Shown here: positions 20,065-28,876 of the stretch, one piece after another
How positions within the stretch are numbered: the stretch's first letter is position 1
How the letters are laid out: every line of letters starts with the position of its first letter
Origin: Myxococcota bacterium
GTDB lineage: Bacteria > Myxococcota > XYA12-FULL-58-9 > JABJBS01
Length of the DNA stretch: 30,111 nt
Direction of reading: 5' to 3'
NCBI GenBank assembly: GCA_036339465.1
Contig: JAYZAY010000081.1
Location: 1 to 30,111 of the forward strand
Translations under genes and position numbers: made by a program
The notes under the pieces: generated by a model
Database searches by the model: none
Seen by the model: only the letters and a program-made list of their open reading frames with translations
What the model was told of the DNA's origin: nothing

Positions 20065-20916
20065 ATGTCCGACGAACTAGAAGGCCTAAGGATTGTGAGT
20101 TTTGAGAGTCGGAAAAGTTCAGACATTGCTCGGATGGTGGAAGGCTACGGGGCCACGGCGCTTCAGGCGCCCAGTATGCAGGAGGTTCCCCTTGAGAATA
20201 ATAGCGATGCTTTGGTTTTTGGCGAAAGGTTGATGGCGGGGGATGTTCAGGGGCTGATCCTCATGACCGGGGTGGGAACGCGTATTTTGGTGGAGGCGTT
20301 GTCGACGCGATGGCCGCAGAACGAAATCCTTAGCGCCTTAGGAAAGACAACCCTGATCTCTCGGGGGCCTAAGCCAGTTGCGGTCCTGAAGGCGTTTAAT
20401 TTGAAGCCGCAATGGGTCGCGCCGGAACCCAATACATGGAAGGAAGTGCTGGCCCTTCTAGATTCTGACTGGCCAGTGTCGCAGAAGCGTATTTTTGTAC
20501 AGGAGTATGGTGCTCGCAATGATGGATTTTTGGAAGCACTACGTGCGAAAGGGGCGGAAGTGATTCCGGTTCCGGTTTATTCGTGGCAACTGCCCGACGA
20601 TATAGAACCGATGAAGCGTGCTATCGAAGAAATTGTCGCGGGTAATGTCGACTGTGCTCTTTTTACTAGCGGTCACCAAATCGAGAATGTATTTCATGTG
20701 GCGCGCGAATCGGGCAGCGTTGAAGAATTGAGGAGAGTTCTGAAAGAAGTCGTGGTGATCGCTTCTGTGGGGCCCGTGACCAACGAAATCCTGAAAGGTC
20801 TAGGGTTGCCGGTGGATATTTGCCCGGAGCGTCCTAAAATGGGGCATCTGATTAAGGCGGTGGCGGGCCAAGCTCGGGATTGTGTCCAAAAGAAACAGGG
20901 CCATGTTGGGAAATAA
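20065..20916 (+). CDS. hemD: Uroporphyrinogen-III synthase
   Basis: SFESR, AP.MQEVP, LMTGVG, RGPKP, QEYG, VPVY.W.LP.D, FTS..Q, ASVGP.T, P.RPKMG.L. The ATG at 20065 (GAGG upstream) is preferred; 20047 is possible. Confidence 0.9.
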   Translation: MSDELEGLRIVSFESRKSSDIARMVEGYGATALQAPSMQEVPLENNSDALVFGERLMAGDVQGLILMTGVGTRILVEALSTRWPQNEILSALGKTTLISRGPKPVAVLKAFNLKPQWVAPEPNTWKEVLALLDSDWPVSQKRIFVQEYGARNDGFLEALRAKGAEVIPVPVYSWQLPDDIEPMKRAIEEIVAGNVDCALFTSGHQIENVFHVARESGSVEELRRVLKEVVVIASVGPVTNEILKGLGLPVDICPERPKMGHLIKAVAGQARDCVQKKQGHVGK

Positions 20917-21258
20917 TAGCCCCGAATATTTTTGTTTCATTTCGACCCAAATTGCTCTCTTTTATTTCTCTCTGAACCAGTTGAAGGCCGAGGAGGCTAG
21001 GGAGACGCTCGTTATGAAGGTGGAGCCGATTTTCCGGCCGAGTCCTATCGCCGCACTTGATGGGATGGCAAACCGCCTGGATGAACTCTTTCACTCTTTT
21101 GGTGGCAGCACTGGCGGCCAAGAGAGGAAGAGAGGTTATGCTGTATTCAACCCGTTTGCCGATGGCAGCCAACACCGCGAACTTGTTGTGTCCATGAGGG
21201 CAGAAAATGGGAAGAGTTTTTCCACTGAAATTCCGGAGTTTGCTTGTGGCACCTATTT

Positions 21259-21283
21259 TATAATATCTGTTGCGCGCTGGAGG
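21259..21283 (+). promoter_or_regulatory. Possible -10 element and RBS for yaeQ
   Basis: TATAAT at 21259-64 and GGAGG at 21279-83; no properly spaced -35 seen. Confidence 0.3.
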
Positions 21284-21288
21284 ATACC

Positions 21289-21837
21289 ATGGCCCTAGGT
21301 GCGATCGTCAGAAAATTCACCATCGACTTGGCCCACGTAGATCGGGGTATCTACGAAACCTTGGAATTCAAGCTGGCCCAACATCCTTCGGAAAATGCGA
21401 ATCGGGTGGTGGTGCGGGTCTTGGCTAGGGCTTTGGCCTACGAAGAGGGATTGGAGTTTGGTCGGGGCTTGTCCAACGTGGAAGAGCCGGCGCTGTGGTC
21501 TAAGGATGCACGAGGTCAGATTCGTTTGTGGATAGATGTGGGCGCACCTTCCGCCCAACGGCTACATCGGGCCAGCAAGCAAGCCCATAAGATTTGGATC
21601 TTCACAGATAAAAACACTACGGGCCTAAAAAAGGAGTGGGGTGGACAGAAAATTCACCGTGCCGATGACATTTCTTTGGTGCTTATTCCCCCTTCTTTTA
21701 CCGCCGCCCTAGCAGAGAGTGTCTGTAAGCAGAATCATTGGACAGTCACCATGACCGGCGGCTATTTGAATGTGGGTTATGGAGATAGGAGCGTGGATAC
21801 TCAGATTGAAGAGTCAACCGTGGGGGCTTTTACCTAA
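21289..21837 (+). CDS. yaeQ: YaeQ family protein
   Basis: MALGA.V.KF.I.L..VDRG.Y, LAQHPSE, LEFGRGLS..EEPALW, LWIDVG.P...RL.RA. GGAGG RBS before the ATG at 21289. Confidence 0.93.
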   Translation: MALGAIVRKFTIDLAHVDRGIYETLEFKLAQHPSENANRVVVRVLARALAYEEGLEFGRGLSNVEEPALWSKDARGQIRLWIDVGAPSAQRLHRASKQAHKIWIFTDKNTTGLKKEWGGQKIHRADDISLVLIPPSFTAALAESVCKQNHWTVTMTGGYLNVGYGDRSVDTQIEESTVGAFT

Positions 21838-21949
21838 CCTTCTGTTTCCAAATGAGAAAACACGATTCTTGCTGTCGAAATAGAGGAGTTGGAGTCGTGA
21901 AAGATCTCACATGACCTATATCTCAGAGGTCCCCGTGTCGGGGTGGAGA

Positions 21950-22076
21950 TCTTGACCACTTTGGGACATCTAATGGTGTGAGCTGGATCTCATGGGTTCA
22001 AGGGATGAGCGCCATGGGTGCCAAATTATATGTGAGCGACAATGGCAGCCTGTACCGGGTCACCACGGGGCGATAA
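21950..22076 (+). pseudogene. Possible C-terminal gene fragment (beta-propeller-blade-like)
   Basis: Reads WVQGMSAMGAKLYVSDNGSLYRVTTGR-stop, which looks protein-like but has no intact 5' part. Confidence 0.25.
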
Positions 22077-22180
22077 TGCTCTAGGATAGGAAAAACTCTC
22101 CGACACGTTTAGGATGAAATACCGGCCCAAGCCCACCCATCCTAAATGATGTTGGCGAAGGCTTACTTAATACCCAAGAG

Positions 22181-23833
22181 TTAGATCGCTTCTTTCTTTT
22201 TCGTCGCCTGTCTTCTTTTTTGATTCACTTTTTCAACCACGTTTTTAGGCCAGGTGGTTTCATCTTCGGCGCTGTAGCAGCGGAGCGTTTGGCCTTTGGC
22301 TGAGAGCAGGTCGTCTTTGGAGCATTTTAGGATAGCCCCGGCTGCGGCCAAGCCCGACATGGTGGCTCCAGCTACGCCATGGCCTAGGGTGCTGGCCCCG
22401 CAGTGGTAGAGGTTCTTGATTTCGGTTTTTACAGGGTAGGGAAAGAGGAGCTGCTTGAGGTTTTTCTCTGTACCATACATGCTTCCATAGCCGGTCCGAA
22501 TATAGTGCTCGTTGGTAAGTGGGGTGGCTACGTCTGAGAAAACAATATGGTCATCGATTCCTGGAACCATGGTGCGAATGGTTTCTAACAAACCCTCTTG
22601 AATGGCCTTCTTGGCGAAGGTGTAATCCTCAGGTCGTTTTTCGAATTCCGTGTCTTTCCATGCCGCGAATAACTCATAGGGAAGAATAGAGAAGGCCTCA
22701 ATGGTTTGATGTCCGTTATTGGCTTTGGTGGGATCCTTATGGGAAGTAATATTCATGAATGAGCCCTTGAGATCTCGGAAGGAGTGGTGGGGCGCATAAA
22801 CGCTGTCCACGTCGGGATTTTTGAACCACCAATAATTACCGGAATCGAGCCCCAGTGCTCGGAGGTCCATGTCGACGGCCATGAAGAGGCTGCTGGCGGC
22901 GATGCTGTATTTGGTTTTATGCAATTTGCGTCGAAGTCCGGCGCTCAGGATGTTTTGGTTTAGAAGTCGACCATACATAATCTTGGGATCTGCATTGGAA
23001 ACGACGTATTTAGCCCGAATTTCATCACCACCGCGCAATCGCACACCAACGGCCCTGTGCCCGAGCAGACTTCTCTCCGTGAGGATTTCATCCACTTCCG
23101 TGGAAAGCATGACTTTTCCACCTACTTTTTTGAAAGCGCGGATAAATGCCTTGGGAATGGCACCACCGCCACCTTTGGGAAACCATGCCCCATTCCAGTA
23201 GTGCGTGGCGAGGGCGGCTTGTAACACGGTGGGCGCCATACTTGGGGGGAGTCCGTGGTCTCCTGCTTGGGCTTCAAGAATTGTTTGGAGGAAGGGGTCT
23301 TTTACAAAAGAAGCGACCACTTTTTTGAAGGGGAGCAGACCATAGCGCACCACATTGGGGCTCTTCACTACGTTTTTTGCCATGTCCCCAAGATGCTTGC
23401 AATGCCGGAAACCCGCTACTTCATTGCTGAGCTGAACAAACATCTTCATGAAAGTCTCGATGCCTTCTTTTTCGCTCGGGAATCTCTCTACCAATCGGGT
23501 TTCAAAATTTTTGGGATTCTTAGGGATATCAAATTGCTCCTGGCCACATACGATGTGTTCGTAGCCATCGGGATTAAGCTCGAAAAACTCCATGTCGTTG
23601 GCCACACCCAGGCCTTCGTAGATTTCACGCATTTCCTGACCCGGGCCTAATTCTCCGATGTAGTGAATACCGGGACTAAAGTGGTAGCCCTCTAGGTTAA
23701 ATGAATGACACCAGCCACCGGCGACGTAGTGTTGTTCGACCATGACCACTTTGAGACCCGCTTGAGCGAGGCAGAGTGAAGTGGTCATTCCGCCTGCTCC
23801 GGAGCCAATAACAATGGCATCATAATCTGACAT
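22181..23833 (-). CDS. Phytoene desaturase / retinol saturase family FAD-dependent oxidoreductase (COG1233)
   Basis: YDAIVIGSGAGG, VE.H...GGWCHSF...GY.F.PG.HY, FPKGG, VVSNAD, ATPLT, GSMYG, NLYHCGA...GHGVAGA. Start at 23833 with GGAGA RBS; the ORF-track start overlaps the upstream gene. Confidence 0.92.
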   Translation of the reverse strand: MSDYDAIVIGSGAGGMTTSLCLAQAGLKVVMVEQHYVAGGWCHSFNLEGYHFSPGIHYIGELGPGQEMREIYEGLGVANDMEFFELNPDGYEHIVCGQEQFDIPKNPKNFETRLVERFPSEKEGIETFMKMFVQLSNEVAGFRHCKHLGDMAKNVVKSPNVVRYGLLPFKKVVASFVKDPFLQTILEAQAGDHGLPPSMAPTVLQAALATHYWNGAWFPKGGGGAIPKAFIRAFKKVGGKVMLSTEVDEILTERSLLGHRAVGVRLRGGDEIRAKYVVSNADPKIMYGRLLNQNILSAGLRRKLHKTKYSIAASSLFMAVDMDLRALGLDSGNYWWFKNPDVDSVYAPHHSFRDLKGSFMNITSHKDPTKANNGHQTIEAFSILPYELFAAWKDTEFEKRPEDYTFAKKAIQEGLLETIRTMVPGIDDHIVFSDVATPLTNEHYIRTGYGSMYGTEKNLKQLLFPYPVKTEIKNLYHCGASTLGHGVAGATMSGLAAAGAILKCSKDDLLSAKGQTLRCYSAEDETTWPKNVVEKVNQKRRQATKKKEAI

Positions 23834-23897
23834 GGTTTCTCCCAAATATATTGATGATTTTCGGTGTGACCCCGGTGCGGGGTTATCGAAAGATTGT

Positions 23898-24818
23898 TTA
23901 GGCCACGTGGCTTTCGGTTTCTTCGGGAATCGCTGGGATTTCACCGAAGTATTCGTCTGGATTTTCAAGGGCATTGCGGTAGCTGGCCATGCCGTATTTT
24001 GAAGTCAAGCCGTCGTCGATGCGTTCGTCGTAAGTCCATCGCAAGTGGAGTGTTTTCTCAGGCACCACTTTGTCACCCTTTACCACGGGGCGGTCTTCAA
24101 TTTGTCCCACCATGAGAAAGAGCGGACAATTGCCGTATTCGTAGAGGTGGTGAAATGCTGGTCGCATTCCTAGGCTTCCCAAATTGGCGATGAACATGCT
24201 GGTGTAAAATCCATCTTGCTCCATGAAGAACTTTGGAAGAATGTTGTTGTCGTCGAGCCAGCCAACAGCGGATGCGACACCGCGCATGAGTGCGCGTGGA
24301 AAGAGACTGAAAAAATCGAGTTCTTTGTCGGCGGTCGTCTTTTTGTCGGATCGTTCGATGCTTATGGATCTGTTGATACGGCAGCAAAGGGCGTGAAAGG
24401 ATTCGGCTTCGTCGTCCATCCGCAGTTTAACGGCGGCTAATTTTGCTTCGTTGTCGAGTTTTTTTCGTTTCATGCTGAAGGTGACGGCTACGTGATTGCG
24501 CCGGTAGAGACGACTTCCCGAAACGAATTGATTCATTTTCGGATTTTCCGCCAGGGACTTCGCGGCAGCCGCGACCAGCAAGTGGGTGACGTTGATGTCT
24601 GCACCGAATTCGTGACGTGCTCGCTGGATATAGTCGAGAAGGGGTTCGGCTTTCACGTAGTCGTCGTAATAGCATATGGACTCGTTGCGGCCGGGCATGA
24701 TGAATGGTATCAACTTGCGATAGGGGTGGAGGTTGTTGACGAGGTTTCCGTCGGAACGGCGCGTTGGCAGTTTGGCAGTGGTTTGAATGAGCAGCTTAAG
24801 CTTCTTCAGAGTGTCCAT
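23898..24818 (-). CDS. Stand-alone 2-oxoacid dehydrogenase E2/CAT-like acyltransferase domain, no lipoyl domain, DER motif
   Basis: PKMNQFV.G..LY.R, FIANLGSLG, LMVGQIEDRPVV.GD, LRWTYDERIDDG at the position of DHRxxDG. Start 24818 (GAGG upstream) or 24836. Confidence 0.82.
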   Translation of the reverse strand: MDTLKKLKLLIQTTAKLPTRRSDGNLVNNLHPYRKLIPFIMPGRNESICYYDDYVKAEPLLDYIQRARHEFGADINVTHLLVAAAAKSLAENPKMNQFVSGSRLYRRNHVAVTFSMKRKKLDNEAKLAAVKLRMDDEAESFHALCCRINRSISIERSDKKTTADKELDFFSLFPRALMRGVASAVGWLDDNNILPKFFMEQDGFYTSMFIANLGSLGMRPAFHHLYEYGNCPLFLMVGQIEDRPVVKGDKVVPEKTLHLRWTYDERIDDGLTSKYGMASYRNALENPDEYFGEIPAIPEETESHVA

Positions 24819-24890
24819 GACCTCGATTCCCCTCATAATGGTCGTTTATTGGTGGCGCGAAGCTACCACATGGTCTGGAATACCACCAGA

Positions 24891-24910
24891 TGGAAAAATG
24901 TAATTTTCCA
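24891..24910. promoter_or_regulatory. Inverted repeat TGGAAAA-N6-TTTTCCA, possible operator
   Basis: Perfect 7 bp arms in the divergent intergenic region between the acyltransferase and ceramidase genes. Confidence 0.35.
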
Positions 24911-25149
24911 AGTCCTACTGGTGTGAATTAGCGTGTTTTGAGGTGACCAAGACTTGTTTTAGATCTCCTGCCACGGCTCTGTGGTTTTTGGGGTTTGTTG
25001 TGGCTAAGTCCCTTGGCGAGTCTGATGAAGTTCGAATTTCGTAAAAGGTTTCACAATAAATTGCAGCATTTGGGTTCGGTTGATTGTGTGTTGAGTCATT
25101 GACCGATACGTGTTTTCTCCGTTGATTTTTACATTGGATAGGAAAGATT

Positions 25150-26947
25150 GTGTTTGAAATGGGTGTTTCCAAAAAGCTTATGGATATTTGTCCCCATGGT
25201 GTGGGGCTCATGGGATATGGACTTGCATCGCAAAAGGTTGAGGGGGGGCAACATCCCATCCATGCACGGGTTTTTGTCCTAAGAAACTCTAGAACCAAGC
25301 AAGAGATCGCCTATGTCTTCATTTAATTATGTTATGTCTCTCTGGGGGTTCGCCAGGGGGGTTTGGATAAATTAGAGTTTGAGCATCCCGAATTGGGTAT
25401 TCATGAGCATAATTTGATGCTCACAGCCACGCACACCCATTCGGCGCCGGGTGGGTTTTCACACCATTTGCTCTACAATCTAGGTGTTCCTGGTTTTTGT
25501 CCGGATGTTTACGAGAGTATTGTGGATACCGTCGTGGACCCGCTTGTGATTGCTTTTCAACGACTGGTCTCAGGTCGGGTGGGTTTGGCTCAGGGAGAAA
25601 TTCCTGTATCTGAGCATGTCGCTTTCAATCGCTCCTTAGAGGCTTACAATCGAAATCCCGATGTGACCCCACTTACGCCGGGAGAAGCAGCCCATGGGGT
25701 GAATCGGACCATGACGGTGCTGCGCTTTGAAAATAAGGGCGGAAATCCCATTGGCATGTTTTCGTGGTTCGCGGTGCATTGTACCAGTCTCCATTCAGAC
25801 AACACATTGATCGATCCCGATAACAAAGGAAGCGCAGCACGGCAGTTTGAGCGACGCGCGCAACGAAATTTCAACATGCCCGGATTTGTCGCGGGCTTTT
25901 GCCTGTCAACTGGGGGGGGATGTGAGTCCCAATTTTCGGTGGGATCCTAAACGCCGTCTCAACATTGGTCCTTACGACAACGATTTTCAAAATTCGGAAT
26001 ACAATGGTGAAATTCAACAGCGCTATGCTTGGAGATTGTTTGAAGAAGCTGCTCATTGTCCCCTAAAATCGGATAACCTCATGGGGGGTGTTTGGTATCA
26101 GGATCACGGAAATATTGAGGTCGATCCTGCCTATGCGGATGGCTTGCAGGGTGTGAAGACGTCGCCTGGGGATCTCGGCCTTTCTATATTGATGGGGACG
26201 GCCGAAGGACGGGGCCCTCTTTTTGGGTTGTCCGGCGCAGTGGGGCGCTTGAACCGACTCAGTGGGCGGGGAAAAGCTCTTTACCATAGATTCCCAGGAA
26301 AGAAGTCGGGTCAAGATTTTCATCCGGTTTTTCGAACTCAAGGGCCGAAATTTTCATTTATCGAGATCGCCCGCGGTGTTGAAGGGCGCGCATTTTTCTT
26401 ATTCCAGTAGGGTAAGCCCGTGATTCCGGGCTGGACCTGTCCCAGTGTTGCGCGGGTTAAGGCGCTCTCTCGGGTGGGGGCTGTGAGTTATATGCCCTGG
26501 GTGCCGCAGGTTTTGCCTATCCAGATTTTTGTGATCGGTAATTTGGCGTTGCCGGCTTTGCCCGGGGAGCCCACCACAGTCACGGGATATCGTTTGGCAG
26601 ATACGGTGGAAGGGGAAATCGAAAAATTGGGGGTGGATACCATTAGCGTGGTGGGATATGCCAATGCATATTTGGGGTACATTACCACCTATGAGGAGTA
26701 CCGGGCTCAGTGTTACGAGGGGGGCAATACCCTTTTTGGCCCTTGGACGTTTGCGGGCTACCAGACTCGATTTGCAAGTCTTTTAAAATACTTCGAGCAC
26801 CAGAAAACGCTCGTTCCGCAACAAACAGGAGAGGTCCCCATTAGGGTTTCCTGTGAAGAGTTACCCCCCCCTCCTCGCATATTTGGTTTGGTTACTTCGT
26901 GGTTTGGTTACTTAGGAAGTTGTCACTTTACTTGCTTGAATCAGTGA
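25150..26947 (+). pseudogene. Neutral/alkaline ceramidase family gene, disrupted
   Basis: From GTG 25150: LMGYG, HARVFV, ATHTHSAPGG, AYNRNP, WFAVHCTS, DNKG, GDVSPN, GTAEG, PGEPTT..G.R, GYANAY.GY.TTYEEY..Q.YEGG.TLFG. In-frame TAA 25324-26, +1 frameshift near the G8 run 25912-19, in-frame TAG 26408-10. Confidence 0.9.
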
Positions 26948-27028
26948 GAATCGCATAAAGATTGCTCGCGTTGATGGATTCAGATTTCTTCTTTGGAAAT
27001 GGGGCTTTCAAGTGACGTTGGAGTATGA

Positions 27029-28756
27029 ATGAAAATGACCTCGTCTATTGGGATGGCGGCCTTTCTTGTTTTGGCAGGCTTGGTCGCGGTTTTTTCGACC
27101 GTTTTTTCCCATACGGCTATGAAAGCCGCTTATATGAATTGGGCCTACTTTCTTACGATTTTTCTGGTTGGATTGTGGGGAGCCACCCTCTGTCGCTTCA
27201 CTGGATCGACTTGGGGTATTTCTCAGACCTTGAAACAGTACAGGTGGGGATGGCTCGGATGCGGTGTGGTGGTCGGTCTGGTTTTTTTGTCTGTGCCCGT
27301 GGGATTTAAAGTCTTATCCGATGAAGCTAATTTGGTGAGCGTGGCTCAGCAGATGTTTCGGAATCATTCGGGAGGCCAACCCATTATCGATTACGTCTAT
27401 TACCAAGCCCATCATCCCATGCGGGTAGATGTTCCAATTAGACCACTGGTCTTTCCGTTTTTTGTGAGCTTGGTCTATGGTGTCGTAGGGGATGGTGTTT
27501 TGGCGGCTTTTGCGGTGAATGCTCTTTGCCTCTTTCTGTTTTTATGTTTGGTCTATGTTGTTGTATCCAAGGCTTTGGAGCAGGTGAGTGGGTTTGCCGC
27601 GGTCTTATTTGTTGTTTCCCAACCGGTTCTTACCACCACTGCGGCCTCGGCCGGATTCGACTTATTGGCACTCTTGCTGCTGGGGGTTGGAGTGTGGCTT
27701 TTTTGGGAGCAGATTAGGAATCCCCGCTCTGAGGTTCAAGCCTTATTGTGGTCTACTCTCTTGTTGTTTGCGAATGTGCGTTACGAGGCGAGTATTATCT
27801 GTGTTGTTTTGGTTTTAGGGTTGGTGTTGGCGAAGCGTTGGCTTTGGTCCGATCTTAAGGATAACCCCATCCCATATGCTGCAACTCTTCTTGTTATGCT
27901 ACCTATGGCGTGGCAGCGCGTTCTCACACTGACTAAGATGGAGGCGCCAAAAGGGGAATTACTTTTTGATCTCAGGCGCATTGTTCCCCACGGTGGAGAG
28001 TTTATCGAAGCGCTCTTTCGTTTTGATTTTGTTTACCCGTACAATAATTTGGCGAATTTACTTGGCATCGCACTTGCCCTGTTTTTGGGGTGGTGGTGGT
28101 ATCGAAAGGGTCGGTTTTCGAGCGAGTCACATGAGCGCATAGCTCTTTATACCATTTTAATTATCATTGTTGGAATGACAGTTTTGTATCTCATCCACGA
28201 CAAAGGAAAGGTCAGCTTTCCAACCAGTGCGCGGTTTTTTCTGATGCCGATGTTAACGATGAGTTTGATGCCGATTGTGGCGCGGCGATTTTTCCCCGAT
28301 CGGGTTTCTGCGAATCTCTTAGTGGGATTGGGTCTGGTCTTTGTGCTGCTGTATCATCCGGTTGCCTGCAAGAACGAATTTATGAATCGTCTCAATTTGA
28401 TTCGGCGAACGACCGCGATGATGGAGTTTCTTGATGAGAATTTGCCTTCCGATGGTTTGGTGGTTTCGGACCGACCTATTCATTATGTCGCCTTAGGGTA
28501 TGGGTCCATTGGGTTTAATGACCTGAAAGCTGATGTTAAGGGTGTATTGAGACATCTTCGATGTGGTAGTATTCCGAAGGCAATTATCGCCCAGCGCTTG
28601 GCTAATAAGGGGGAGGTAGTGGTTAATCGCAATGACCTCCCCGCAGAAATTCCTATTAAGCTCTTGGGAGAAAAGCGGGTACAAAACACGGAATTTCTGA
28701 GGTTCTATGAAATTGAGGGGGGTGTTTCTCCTCCGGGTTCTCGCGACTGCCCGTAA
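27029..28756 (+). CDS. Multi-pass GT-C superfamily (ArnT/PMT-like) glycosyltransferase
   Basis: Many TM segments, DE pair in the first large loop (LSDEANL), RPLVFPFFVSL, RYE, ARFF and a soluble C-terminal domain. Confidence 0.72.
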   Translation: MKMTSSIGMAAFLVLAGLVAVFSTVFSHTAMKAAYMNWAYFLTIFLVGLWGATLCRFTGSTWGISQTLKQYRWGWLGCGVVVGLVFLSVPVGFKVLSDEANLVSVAQQMFRNHSGGQPIIDYVYYQAHHPMRVDVPIRPLVFPFFVSLVYGVVGDGVLAAFAVNALCLFLFLCLVYVVVSKALEQVSGFAAVLFVVSQPVLTTTAASAGFDLLALLLLGVGVWLFWEQIRNPRSEVQALLWSTLLLFANVRYEASIICVVLVLGLVLAKRWLWSDLKDNPIPYAATLLVMLPMAWQRVLTLTKMEAPKGELLFDLRRIVPHGGEFIEALFRFDFVYPYNNLANLLGIALALFLGWWWYRKGRFSSESHERIALYTILIIIVGMTVLYLIHDKGKVSFPTSARFFLMPMLTMSLMPIVARRFFPDRVSANLLVGLGLVFVLLYHPVACKNEFMNRLNLIRRTTAMMEFLDENLPSDGLVVSDRPIHYVALGYGSIGFNDLKADVKGVLRHLRCGSIPKAIIAQRLANKGEVVVNRNDLPAEIPIKLLGEKRVQNTEFLRFYEIEGGVSPPGSRDCP

Positions 28757-28876
28757 TTAGGTGGCCTACGTATACCATTTTTGAGTGGCCAACGAACGCG
28801 TTCAAAGTGGTATGTATGCCCTGGTCATGATTTTGATTCTCTGGGTTAATTTTTCTCGCTATTGGGAGAGGTAATT

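Noticed and set aside
20852..21298. ORFs on both strands between hemD and yaeQ
   Set aside because: They overlap neighbours, lack an RBS and show no recognisable motifs.
22181..23833. Carotenoid biosynthesis cluster (crtI)
   Set aside because: No phytoene synthase, GGPP synthase or cyclase nearby; family-level match only.
23834..23974. 47 aa N-terminal extension of the oxidoreductase
   Set aside because: Overlaps the upstream gene; an RBS and the Rossmann motif support the start at 23833.
25912..25919. Phase variation of the ceramidase through the G8 tract
   Set aside because: Two additional nonsense codons mean slippage alone could not restore the protein.
13027..26410. TAG recoding or pyrrolysine readthrough explaining the internal stops
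   Set aside because: The same genes also carry TAA stops and frameshifts, TAG ends the AlkD-like gene at its expected C-terminus, and no pyl genes are present.
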